A DNA stretch of 64,000 nt from Eledone cirrhosa (Eukaryota). The stretch covers positions 287,494,001 through 287,558,000 of the forward strand of contig OZ024743.1 of assembly GCA_964016885.1 (NCBI GenBank), given 5' to 3'. The first letter of the stretch is position 1, and each line of letters opens with the position of its first letter. The position numbers were made by a program, and so were the translations under genes. The notes under the pieces were generated by a model, which saw only the letters and a program-made list of their open reading frames with translations, made no database searches and had not been told where the DNA came from. Shown one piece after another: positions 50,395 through 64,000 of this stretch.

Positions 50395-50482
50395 TGCAAA
50401 GAATGCAGAGCAGTGGGATTGAACACGGGACATTATTATTGCGAAGCGAACTTCTTAACCATTCGACCACGCTGCTGACGCA
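50395..50482 (-). mobile_element. tRNA-derived SINE head (second family; similar at about 51888-51965 + and 63765-63860 -)
   Basis: A-box GCGTGGTCGAATGG and B-box-like GTTCAATCCC on the minus strand. Confidence 0.6.
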
Positions 50483-50675
50483 CACACAAATCCACACACA
50501 TACATACATACATACCAATACAAAATTTTATTGTTTAAGCAACAGTATGTATGAGTGTGAAAATGTCTGTGTGTGTGTGTAGGTATACAAACATACATAT
50601 ATACATATATGTATACACATATATATATCCCCATAAATACACACATACATATCTATATATATATATTTATATATG

Positions 50676-50711
<36 letters not shown>

Positions 50712-50799
50712 TACACACGTATATATACTTATGTATACATATAAATACATACATATATAGACATATATAAAAATGTACACACTATATCTGTGAAGGAAG

Positions 50800-50875
<76 letters not shown>

Positions 50876-51300
50876 GGGGTGTCTAAGTAAAGCACAAGTT
50901 GCGGTTTGTTTGTGACTATTTTCCCTGGCTTACATATACACATACATACACACATAGTCATAATTCACACACATAGTCACACACACACACATACACACAC
51001 ATACACAGACACAGCCACACGCACACACATATTCACACTGTATCTTTCCACCCACACTGTACAATATACTTTATAGCCACCTTATCCATATATATAGCTT
51101 CTTGACCATTAATATGAGTTACTGTCCAAAGCGAATGGACACAACTTCTGAAATAATCACATAAAAAAAATATTCACGGTTGCCATTTTCGCTTTATGTA
51201 TGTATGTATGTATGTATGTATGTATGTATGTATGTATGTATGTATGTATGTATGTATGTATGTATGTATGTATGTATGTATGTATGTATGTATGTATGTA

Positions 51301-51343
<43 letters not shown>

Positions 51344-52604
51344 ATGTATTTATGTGTGTGTATGTATGTATGTATGTATGTATGTATGTATGTATGTATG
51401 TATGTATATGTGTGTGTGTATGTATGTATATATGTGTGTATGTATGTATGTATCTATCTATCTAACTAGCTAGCTATCTGCATCTACTTTTTTTTAATGC
51501 TATCTAAAATGGACAATGGACACATTTACCATTCTCTACCCCACCTTATCCTCATGTATCTATTAAACTATCTCTCCCTCTATCATACATATAACCATTT
51601 GTATGATAATTGAAAGAGCTGCTCTCAAGACACCATTGCTCGTTAAGTGGTCAACACTTATAGCTAAACAGTAACTCTTTCTCCGAATATAGTTGCATAT
51701 AGATATTTTCCCTTACGTGTTTGCTAAATACTTACACGAACAAGATGATATATACATGGGAAAAAAACAACAAAATGAAAAGAAAACGAAAAAGGGACAG
51801 ACATAAAAAACCCTGTCCATTATGCCACTGATAAATACTAGCTCAACTTGAATATATTAACAAGAAATCTCATACATCATATCATGACCAGCATGGCCGA
51901 ATGGTTCAAGAAATTCTCATCGCAATCATTAAGGCTTCGAGTTCAGTCCAGCTGAGCGGCAAATGTTCTTTCTTTTTATCATAGACTCAGCTCAATCTAA
52001 ACTTTGTGTGTAAGGAATCAACAGCTATCCATCAACCCTACACATTAAGCAGTTTAGCAATGTTGACACTCTTTACAACCCCTACATCTAGTCGTCTTTC
52101 GCAGATATATTAGCTTTGCCTTTCCTCCGATACAGGGAGACCCGGGAAAAAAAAGCCCCTTCATAAGTGCTAGGATCACCTATGTCCTCGCACAGATTAT
52201 CCTTCCCTCATCTTAACAGTCAAGAAGTAACCGGAAGCTACATGTATTGCCTATTGATGAATGATGCTGAGTGTTAGAAACGGCCAAGGTGTGGTATTTT
52301 ATTTTACTCTAGTGTAGTTTCCTTCATACAGCAAATAGCTAACATAGTATGTAGAAACGGAATCATTTTTCTAGCTTTTATCATGCTAAAACTTCTAGAT
52401 TACGGGTTCACAACCGGCAATCAGAGAGCACATTTGATCTGCGAACTTTTTTCAGTGGAATTTTGTCAACGACCAGATCACAAAATGTGCGACGAATTGC
52501 ACGATAAGGGAACTTCACAAAATATAATATATGATGTATAACAAATTTGTCTCTACGTTGGAGTTGAAAATGTGAAGTTTAGTTCTCTTTTGATACCCAG
52601 ACGT

Positions 52605-53108
<504 letters not shown>

Positions 53109-53446
53109 CAGGTTATTATGGATTGGCAGTATCGGTAGAGGGTCGGACGCCATGCTTTCCAGCATAGTTACGTCCCTTTACAATCTGAGTTCAAATCCCG
53201 CCGAGGTTGACTTTGCCTTTCATCCTTACGGGGTCGATAAAATAAAGTACCAGTAATGCACTGGGTAATTGCTGGCCTTGTGCCTAAAGTAGAAACAATT
53301 ATATATATATATATCTTTAAAAATTCTCTTTTTCTTTATCCAGACAAAACATTTTTAGATTTCGTACATCAAATAGAGTTAAGTTTTATCAAATATGTTT
53401 GTAATTCAATTTAACAAACTGAATTCTCAGATTTAAAAAAATATCG

Positions 53447-53862
53447 TTCTTTTCTATCACACTATAGTTCTTTTCTAGCACACTATAGTTCTTTTCTATC
53501 ACACTATAGTTCTTTTCTATCACACTATAGTTCTTTTCTAGCACACTATAGTTCTTTTCTATCACACTATAGTTCTTTTCTATCACACTATAGTTCTTTT
53601 CTAGCACACTATAGTTCTTTTCTAGCACACTATAGTTCTTTTCTATCACACTATAGTTCTTTTCTAGCACACTATAGTTCTTTTCTATCACACTATAGTT
53701 CTTTTCTAGCACACTATAGTTCTTTTCTAGCACACTATAGTTCTTTTCTATCACACTATAGTTCTTTTCTATCACACTATAGTTCTTTTCTAGCACACTA
53801 TAGTTCTTTTCTAGCACACTATAGTTCTTTTCTATCACACTATAGTTCTTTTCTATCACACT
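53447..53862. repeat. 21-bp minisatellite, about 20 units, with two variants (TTCTTTTCTA[T/G]CACACTATAG)
   Basis: Direct reading; the unit count follows from the heptad translation in the ORF track. Confidence 0.97.
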
Positions 53863-54029
53863 CGTATATATATTTTTGTAGAGGTCAAAAGTTCAGGATT
53901 TTCCTGAATGTTAGTTTTCAATGGAATCCTGAAATGGGGTTCCCTCGAATGGTCTTTGGAGTAACGTTACTCGATAGTGTGTGTAGCTCAGAGATCAGGG
54001 AGTCACTCCAGGTAGAGCCGCTACTTCTT

Positions 54030-54312
54030 CAAATTGAGAGATCACATCTCTGATACTATGGGCATGTGGTTAGAATGTCTCAGGAAAGAATCCCTGGACA
54101 GATTTTACGGGCAAAACCAACTGGCAGGAGATAGAGTGGTAGATCCCGAGCAAGATGGTTGGATAACATCTATGAGCTTGGCTGGTCTCGGTAGGGGATC
54201 CAACGGGATCTGTTGGAGATGGTTGCTTCTAACAGGACCTGCTGGAAGGAGTGATTGAGGATTCTACCCCTACGAGCCTCTCAGGAATAAGTGGGCGAAG
54301 AATAAGAAGGAA
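54030..54312 (+). pseudogene. Degenerate RTE-like C-terminal fragment
   Basis: YYGHVVRMSQERIP..AKPTGRR..GRSRARWLDNI. Confidence 0.65.
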
Positions 54313-54833
54313 GGAGAATCCTGAATACTGAAATTTTAACATTTGAACTCTATATCTACTCCTTATTCGACAAAAAGTGATCGATAAAATAAATTTCAGA
54401 CTTTAAAAAAAAAATGAACTAATAAGTTGGTATGATTGACTAAATAAAATCGCTACACCAGTATGGCCACAGTCAACTGACTGGAAAAGAAAAGAAAAGA
54501 AAACACAACACACGCGTGTGCAAAAAAAAAAAATATAATACACACATGCATATATATATATATATACACAAACACACACACACACATTTAACTCGCATAT
54601 ATACGTATATTAAAATGTATAATTGCACATATCTAGTGTAGTCAAAAAGCAATGTTTAACAATTCAATTTAGCAGGAATTTTATGAAAATGTTAAAGCAA
54701 CACTAGATAATACATCGTCATCACACCCAGTTATCTCCCTTCTTCATCTTCGCGTCCTGCAATTCTCTACAATAAAACACTTACACTTAGTTCAATCACA
54801 TCACCATCCTATATATATATATATATATATATA

Positions 54834-54892
<59 letters not shown>

Positions 54893-55002
54893 AAAAGAAT
54901 GTACCAAAAAAATATCTTCGCATCAGTTTCTATAAAGGAAATTGTAGCTTTTCAATTTTCTCAATATATATCACAATATCTCTCACTCTCTGTTTCTCTC
55001 TC

Positions 55003-55085
<83 letters not shown>

Positions 55086-55244
55086 TTACATATGTATGTA
55101 TCTGAGTGTGTGTATGTCACAACATTCACGCATATTTATATGTACATATATATAATTGTATAGTTATATAGAAATATACAGTATATGGATACTTATATAT
55201 ATATGTCAAATATATATATATATATGCGTGTGTCTGTGTGTGTG

Positions 55245-55324
<80 letters not shown>

Positions 55325-55390
55325 CCATATATATATTTCTATAAATATTATATATATATATATACTGTATGTGTGTGTGTGTGTGTGTGT

Positions 55391-55440
<50 letters not shown>

Positions 55441-55479
55441 CTGTGTGTAAGTGTGTGTATGTGTGTTTGAGTGTGTATG

Positions 55480-55601
<122 letters not shown>

Positions 55602-56023
55602 TGTGTGTGTGCGTGTGTATCTATACACAAACACACATACACTCAGATATATTTATTTTTCTAATTTATCTAATAATTCACTTATTTACAATCTCTCTCC
55701 TCTCTTACATACTTTCTCTATATCCGTCTTAATCTGAAGTATTTAAAGTATTATGTTCGTAATTACAAATTACAGATAAAACAAAGTTATGGTGTAATGG
55801 AATAAGAGAAAATGAGGAAAGAGGAACATTGGAACAATGTGGAATAACGAGAGATATCTGATAATAAAGCTTAAGAAAAGTAGTCATTTATATCAAATTA
55901 TGATAGCAGAAGAAACGATTTTATTTTCTCATACATCCGCCAACTCGATCTTTTCCTGCATCTTTTCATGTACACATGTACACACAGACACACACGCATA
56001 TATATATATATGTACCCCCCCCC

Positions 56024-56068
<45 letters not shown>

Positions 56069-56122
56069 TCACCCACACACAAATAAATATATGTATATAT
56101 ATATACATATATATATACATAC

Positions 56123-56168
<46 letters not shown>

Positions 56169-56306
56169 ACATATATATATATATATTATATATATATATA
56201 TATATAAACATATATATATATATGTATACATATATACATATATACATACACACATAAATACACACACATATATATATATATATATACATACATGTATATA
56301 TATATG

Positions 56307-56376
<70 letters not shown>

Positions 56377-56379
56377 TAT

Positions 56380-56446
<67 letters not shown>

Positions 56447-56976
56447 CTTACACACATACACACATATATATATATATATGTATACATGCATAAATACATA
56501 CATAAATACATACATACATGCATGTATGTATGTATGTATGCATTATACACAGAAATAAAATGGCGGATATTCAGGATTGATAATTCGTACAATATTACGC
56601 CTATTAAACATTATAGCCAACAGACAGTTGTGTTGTTATCATCTCTCCAGCAATCCAACGTTTGTTAAGTAAATCATCCATTAATAGAATTGACGTTCAC
56701 TAACTGAATAGTTTGTGGCCAGATTTCTTAGCTACCTAGCAGCTTCCATTTGTATTTATATGAAGAACGATAAGATGAACATACAGGTAAGTGAATTTGT
56801 ATAGAACTTCGTTCTTCTTTCGATTTGATAAATAGGCTAGGTTAGGCTATGCTAGGGTCTGTAAGAGAGAGGGAGGGAGGAGACGACGAGAGAGATTGTG
56901 ATTGATAGATTGATAGAGAGATACATAGAGTGAACAAGAAAGAGAGAATAAGTAAGAGAAATAGCTAAATATATAT

Positions 56977-57098
<122 letters not shown>

Positions 57099-57237
57099 GC
57101 AAGAGGATATTGATTGAGGAATGTAGATTTAACTTGGAGATATGTCGGGATGTGACATTCGAGAGGCGAAAACAGCCTTGTTGTGTTGAAAGCAGATTGA
57201 TTTCAATGGTTACGATAATGACGACGACGTCGAGTGA

Positions 57238-57276
<39 letters not shown>

Positions 57277-57402
57277 GAGAAGTACAAGAACTATATATAT
57301 AACAATATATATATATTATATATATATGAGTCAGGGCTAGACGGCTGAGCTCTTGTCGTTTTCGAAAAACAAAACAAAATGGCAAGAACTCAGCCGTCGG
57401 GT

Positions 57403-57475
<73 letters not shown>

Positions 57476-57505
57476 TTCTTTCTCTCTCTCTCTCTATATA
57501 TATAT

Positions 57506-57536
<31 letters not shown>

Positions 57537-57784
57537 ACCGGGTGATGTTGACGGACGTGAGAATGAGTACTTAATACGAAAGTAGAGTTCAAATATTCTT
57601 TATTATGACTAAGTGATGGGTCTTGCTACGCTGGAGTTTCATCTGTGTTCTCAGAGGATCGTCGGACTTGGCTTATCTCATATTATAAAGTTTTCGATTA
57701 CATATTTATTTAAAGGTGTTCAAGCATTTTCTAGTAATAATGATTTCTATTGTCTTAACTTAATCAAATAAAAAATTAAATTAA

Positions 57785-57992
57785 ATTTATAAGATGTAGG
57801 AAGCTCAGACACAGAAAATAATTGCAATTGCAGTCAGTTACTATAAAATAGCTTATAAATTGGGATAAGACCCCTAGAGATGGAAAAATGACTATAGGGG
57901 TCTTTACCCTATTTTTATAAGTTGTTTTATAGCGACTGACTGTAATTGCAGTTATTTTCTGCGCCTGAGCTTCCTACATTTTATAATAAATT
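57785..57992. mobile_element. ~205-bp foldback (MITE-like) hairpin
   Basis: TATAAGATGTAGGAAGCTCAG...CTGAGCTTCCTACATTTTATA, arms about 90 bp. Confidence 0.8.
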
Positions 57993-58699
57993 TATATCCT
58001 CGGGGCTTAGTAAGTTCGAAAATTCGAGCTTCACTCATGACGGTTGTTTCAAATTTAATGGTAAAATTTAAGAATTCGTAAAATATAATGTAAAAATATG
58101 AACATTTCTCCGTTTGCAGAGCATAACAGATTTCGTGCAGGCTCATATATGTTACCTCATACTGTAAAAGCCAGCCTAATTTTGTCATGATGAGCCCTCA
58201 AGTAGTCACTCCATAATTGTGATTCATTTACGGTCTGAATTCAAATCCCACCGAGGTTAACTTTGCCTTTCATCCTTACGGCGTCGATACAATAAAGTAC
58301 CAGTAATGCACTGGGATAATTGCTGGCCTTGTGCCAAAAGTAGAAACAATTGTTAAATATTATATATTACTTAAAATTAATTATAATACGTATTTTCATA
58401 TCACAAAATATAATTATATAATTGGCTACCAATTAATCGGTAATCAGCCGATAAGGCAAGGCTAACTCATTCTATATTTCGATGAAAGACTAAAGTTCGA
58501 AATGTCGATTCTTTCTTTACTATATCAAGCTTAAACTAATATATATGATCATTGTATTGTATTGTTCTATGCCTTATCCGTCTTGAATTTTCTTACATAT
58601 AGAGTGAGTGGAAAGAAACTCCCTATTTGAAATTGTTAATCACTTTATTAATTATTGGTCGATTTGAAACAGAATAATAATAGAAATTCAGTTCAGTGT

Positions 58700-58890
58700 T
58701 AAAATTCTCCATAGTCACCAGCGTTGTCCACCAGTGTTTGTAATCGTTTGGGTATATCCACGACTGATTTCATCAGGAACTCAGGCGTTATGCTGGTCAG
58801 TACATGACGAATGCATTCCTCCAATTGAGTTTTTGGTTTTAAGCTATAAACTTTTTCCTTCGCCCATCCCCCAGGAAAAAAGTTTCCACG
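58700..58890 (-). pseudogene. Tc1/mariner-superfamily transposase C-terminal fragment
   Basis: Approximate manual translation: [57 protein letters not shown]. Confidence 0.7.
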
Positions 58891-59015
<125 letters not shown>

Positions 59016-59118
59016 TTCGAGTATGCGTTGGTTAATAACCGACACTTCAGTATGCAGGGTAGAGCACTCGACGAGATGCACAGGTAGGTCTGTTTAGTCC
59101 CGAGTATATATATACATG

Positions 59119-59157
<39 letters not shown>

Positions 59158-59439
59158 ACCAGGTTTGTGAGAGAGGGAGACAAACACTCTACTACTGTTA
59201 GAACAACAGGAGGCCTGCTACAAATGACCCAATCAAGGGATATGAACGTTAACCGGAGAGAAAGATTTCAGCTTCTCTAGGTCATCCAGAAATCAATTGA
59301 ACCCAATTTGGTTCTGGGGTCTGAAAAGGGGAAATATATAATCCTAATTAAACTCATAGTTCTGTGTGAAGAAGAAAGTGACCACGCCTTGAAGCAGTAG
59401 AGTGTCAAACTCCAAGACTTTTCGCTGGAGTGCAGGAGG

Positions 59440-60850
59440 AAAGGATGCAAGAAGTAGGTACTTTAGTCTTTATTGTGTTGTATCAGCTGAAAGAATGGTA
59501 TTTAACTAATGTATTGGTACGCGATGGGGCCCACCCACAGCCCCGGCGGACAGAATGGAGAAGGCGTTTCCCCGGAGGACGGCAAGGGAGACGCGCTGGA
59601 AAAGCCACTCCAACTCGCGGGGCTCACACCCGCAGCTGGCCAGCTCAGCGCCTATGGTGGTGAGTAAGGAGGTAGCCCTGGGGCCGAGGACACCAGAAGT
59701 CTCCACTGCCAGAGGAACGACCGCAAACCTGTCGGAGAGCGACCGGTATTTGAGGAGTTTGGCCCCCTCAGCCCGACATGCAGCAGAACCTCGGTCAGTC
59801 GCAGACTGCATCAGGTTGCGGCTGCAGAAAGTGTCGGTGCAAGTCGCATCCCAGACGAGGGGTTTGCCACCGCGGAACGGGAAGATGGTCATGCCATCTG
59901 GCCTTTTGCCGTCCCCTCGATCCAGCCCCACCGGCTCGAGCTGGGAAGGGAAGCCTGCAGCGTCAAGCCATGCTTAATGACCTCGTTGAGGGTAGCATGG
60001 CGTGGAATGCGGCCGGCACTGTGGCGACAGGAAAGCGGGTGGCGGCCGAAAGAGTCCACGGTGGAACCGCAGCGACATTGGTGTGGCTGGCAGATCTGGA
60101 GGCCGACCTCAGGGAAACGCCGATTCGCAGGCTATGGTTGTCTAGCTGCGTGCCAGTGGAGAAGGAGGGCAGAGCATGGAGCCAGGCACCACTGTGGGTT
60201 TTGGAGGCCGCACGAAAACAAGCAAGGCGGTGCTGGTCGAGCTGGCGCGTGAGCCTGTCTGAGGCCAGGCTGCACTGGATGGCATCCCTAGTGCGTTGGG
60301 GGGACTTGACGTCAACAGGGGGAGAAGGAGGAGGGAGGTCTACTGGGCTAAAGCCCAGTCGGTCCCACGTCTCACAGGCGGTCTCACGTTCTCTGAACAC
60401 AGAGGGTTCTGTTGTGTTTTGAAGAACCCTGCTGACGAGGACGCGGCACGAGGTTACCGACGAAAGATACGCCGGCAAAGCTAGTGAGATCGGGAACCGG
60501 AAGCCAAGGCCGCCATACCTGACCGGTAAAGTGACCTGTTGCTACTCTATGTCGTAAAGCTTGACGTCGCATATCCCCTCGGCTGCTGCTCGGATACAAG
60601 TATCGAGGTCAGCGAGGAGAGATGTCTAGGTGTAGCATGGAGCGCTGCAGAGTGTATAGAGGAGCTTCGGCATGGCGAAGCAGTTCCTCAGCAGAAAGAG
60701 AGCTGGGTGGCCGTCAATCAAGCCCAGTCGGCTCGTGAGAGTCTGGAGCTGTTGAAGCCTGGAGCTGATGGTGGAGCGGATGGCCGGCGGGTGGATCGGT
60801 GATCCGAGGATGAGGACATCCTCACAAGTATGGAGAATGTCCACTGCCAT
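59440..60850 (-). pseudogene. CRE-clade non-LTR retrotransposon 3' half (RT C-terminus, Zn knuckle, RLE), frameshifted
   Basis: ILGSPI..RLGLIDGHPALFLLRNCFAMPKLLY; SGAWLHALP; [49 protein letters not shown]. Confidence 0.82.
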
Positions 60851-61198
60851 CGAACTGACAGGAAGAGTGAAGCAGGTACCAGCTCACAGGATAGAGGAGG
60901 CAGCAGAAAGGGCCTGCTGTTGGTTATGGAGCAGGTAAGAGGAGATAAGCTGGAAGCCAGGAAAAGAAGATGGACTGTGATTTGGTCACGATTTCTAATC
61001 CACCAACTAAAGAGTGTTACTACTAACAGTCGCAACAGAATGAACGTTGTAAACCGTCTGATGACATCAACTCTTTCTAGGTAAGGATATATTCATCAAA
61101 GGTGAATGGATGTGAGGCATCTTCTTTAACATTTAAATATGCTCTCTCTCTCGCTCTCGTTATATATATATATATATATTATATATATATATATATAA

Positions 61199-61235
<37 letters not shown>

Positions 61236-61269
61236 TGTGTGCGTGCGAGTGTCTGTGTGTATGTTTACG

Positions 61270-61347
<78 letters not shown>

Positions 61348-61884
61348 GTATGTATATGATATATATTTCACCAAATCAAGCGATCTAACCCAAACAAAAG
61401 AGAAGAACAAATCAAAAAGCAACAGAAGCAGACGAGACACTACCGCCCCCCACACCTACTATTCAAGTAACAGTAACAACATCAACAATAAAAAAAAAGC
61501 CAACAGCTACAACAATCGTTCAAGAACAAAACAAACAAACAAACAAACAAACAAACAAAGACAAGGCAAGAAAAACAACATTAAAAAAATGAAAATCAAT
61601 ATTGAAAAACATTTATTATACAAACTGAAAAGTCAAATTCTGCTCTATTGCCCTTTACTTTCTTTTTTTACTAAGGGAAAATGAAAAAGATTCACCACGA
61701 TAGATCTTCTTTCGGGTGAAATCTGGAATCTCTTACCCTTCCACAACGCCTGCCCCCCTCCAACACTGTTTTTTACTTCTAGTCCTCACCTTGTTATTTT
61801 CTAAATCAAATGATGTTTATCGTTACTGCGAGATAAATACGGAGAAATACAATAAGCAAAAGTAACAGTAATATTTGTAAGCAA

Positions 61885-61972
61885 ACAGATAGAGAGACAG
61901 AGATAGATAGAGATAGATAGAGATAGATAGATAGGGAGATAGATAGATAGATAGGGAGAGAGATAGATAGTT

Positions 61973-62003
<31 letters not shown>

Positions 62004-62038
62004 TAGTTAGAGAGAGTTAGAGAGAGAGAGAGAGAGTT

Positions 62039-62115
<77 letters not shown>

Positions 62116-62999
62116 TGACGGTGGGTGGGCGGAGAAATTCAAAAACAAACAAACTCCTCTCAACAGTTAGTGTTTGACAACATGAAACAAACAGTGATGT
62201 TCTTGGCCCGGAGCTGTTTAAAGTAAGTTACTATGTATGGTGTAAATAAGTCCAGTGATGGAGAAGCAAATAATAATAATAATAATAATAATAATTATAA
62301 AAAATAATAATAAATAAATAAAAACAAAACAAAAAATAAGAACACCAACAACAACAACTATAAAAATAAGAAGAGAAAAAAATAAGAAGAGAAAGGAAAA
62401 GAAGAGGAAGAATTAGAAGAAAAAATTAAGAGGAAAGGAAAATAAAGTAAGAAAAAAAAGAAAGAGAGAAAGAAGAGAATGAAGTGGAATAATAAGTAGA
62501 AAAAGAGGTTGTAGACGAAAAAGCAGACGACGATGATGATGATGATGATGAAGAAGAAGAGAAGAATTAGAATATGAAAAAGAAGAAAAAGAAAAAAAAA
62601 GAAAAAGAAAAAGAAAAAGAAAAAGAAAAAGAAAAAGAAAAAGAAAAAGAAAAAGAAAAAGAAAAAAGAAAAAAGAGAAGAAAGAGAATTAGAATAGGAA
62701 AAAGAAGAAAAGAAGAAAGAAGAAGAAGAAGAAGAAGAAGAAGAAGAAGAAGAAGAAGAAGAAGAAGAAGAAGAAGAAGAAGAAAATAACCCAGAACAAT
62801 GTCAATAAAATCGGTGAGGACAATAAAAATAATAACAAGTTTATTTAAAAATTACTTAGCGGAAGATGAGTGAATATTAAAGACTATATTGGACATTTAG
62901 GGGTATCAAATTCCCTTTATTTTACTCAGTATGTACGGCATGTTAAAATCTGAAAAAAAAAGATAAACAGACGAGATAGGTACTTTCTTTTACACTATG

Positions 63000-63049
<50 letters not shown>

Positions 63050-63272
63050 AGCGAAAGAGAGAGAGAGGGAGAGAGAGGGAGAGAGAGAGAATGAGAGGGA
63101 GAGAGAGAGAGAGAAAGAGAGATAGAGAAAGAGAGAGAGAGGGGGAGAGGTAGAGAGGGAGCTAGAGAGAGAGAGAGAGGGAGAGAGAGAATGAGAGGGA
63201 GAGGGGGAGAGGTAGAGAGGGAGCTAGAGAGAGAGAGGGAGAGAGAGAATGAGAGGGAGAGAGAGAGAATGA

Positions 63273-63316
<44 letters not shown>

Positions 63317-63482
63317 AGAGAGAACGAGAGAGAGAGATAGGGAGAGAGAGAGAGAGGGAGAGAAAGAGAGAGAAAGAGAGAGAGGGAGAGAGGGAGAGAG
63401 AGAAAGAGAGAGAGAGGGAGAGAGAGAGAAAGAGAGGGAGAGAGAGAAAGGGAGAGTGAGAAAGAAAGAGAGAGTGAGAAAA
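61885..63482. repeat. Purine-rich microsatellite cluster ((GATA)n, (GA)n, (AAT)n, (GAAAAA)n, (GAA)n)
   Basis: Direct reading. Confidence 0.95.
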
Positions 63483-63931
63483 ACGTACACACATATACAC
63501 AGACACATATATCGATGGATCTCCGCCGATTTCGACCATGAGTGCTGCAGTTGTTTGATCAACGAAGCAGACTACTCATGAAATTAACGAATAAGTGGAT
63601 GAGCATTCTACAGTCACGTGGATCTTTATTTTTCTCAGAGGGACTTAGAATCACACTGTGTGTGATAAAGCCGGCCCTGTGAATTAGTCACAGTCCATCC
63701 GACGGGCTTCCAAACAGTCTCTGTTTACCCACTTTCAGACATGAGACATGGCTCGACCAATGGCTAAATTAAATGGCGCCCAAGATACCACGTAGTAAGA
63801 TGGAACCTGGCGACTAATGATTGTGAATCGAACCATTTAACCACACGGCAATGCTGCGTCTACACATACAGACGTATATGTGTGTGTGTATTCTGTGTAG
63901 AAAAGTAGTAGCGAGTTCGCAGTCACTGCCA

Positions 63932-64000
<69 letters not shown>

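Noticed and set aside
50395-50482. tRNA genes
   Set aside because: Only A/B-box SINE heads are present; there is no complete cloverleaf.
53447-53862. CRISPR-like appearance of the 21-bp and 29-bp arrays
   Set aside because: The units are head-to-tail with no unique spacers, there are no cas genes, and the context is eukaryotic.
56560-56792. Host exons suggested by GTAAG donor sites (56787, 61081) and unique stretches at 41.5 and 52.1-52.5 kb
   Set aside because: No consistent open frame or recognisable protein; they cannot be supported without RNA data.
57785-57992. Hairpin as a selected pre-miRNA (G-U-biased mismatches)
   Set aside because: Over the full arms the mismatches include several A-C as well as G-U pairs, consistent with neutral transitions in a MITE.

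Overview
Eukaryotic, AT-rich DNA saturated with microsatellites, and with no host gene that can be supported. The density of (TA)n/(CA)n/(GA)n tracts, the Meta-core-like tRNA SINEs and the RTE LINEs suggest a coleoid cephalopod (octopus-like); this is inference. Most ORF-track entries are microsatellite translations. The real coding content is all transposon-derived: a near-intact Penelope-like element (PLE; RT plus GIY-YIG, 22.3-28.6 kb), two Naiad-type PLE endonuclease fragments, two large RTE LINEs with a PHD-like finger, and fragments of RTE, CR1, R4/Dong, CRE, mariner/Tc1 and Helitron elements. Most notable: (1) a 472-bp tandem array (43.46-45.73 kb) in which each unit carries a canonical minimal type I hammerhead ribozyme, i.e. 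a retrozyme-like candidate circular-RNA element, with a diverged relative showing structure-preserving changes; (2) the PLE has an upstream coiled-coil-like ORF1 that overlaps the RT frame at a U_UUU_UUA slippery heptamer, a candidate programmed -1 frameshift; (3) the PLEs and the hammerhead repeats share a 5'-inverted, partial-tandem architecture within (TA)n, suggesting an autonomous-PLE/ribozyme-satellite system. All alignments and folds were done by eye, so boundaries are approximate.
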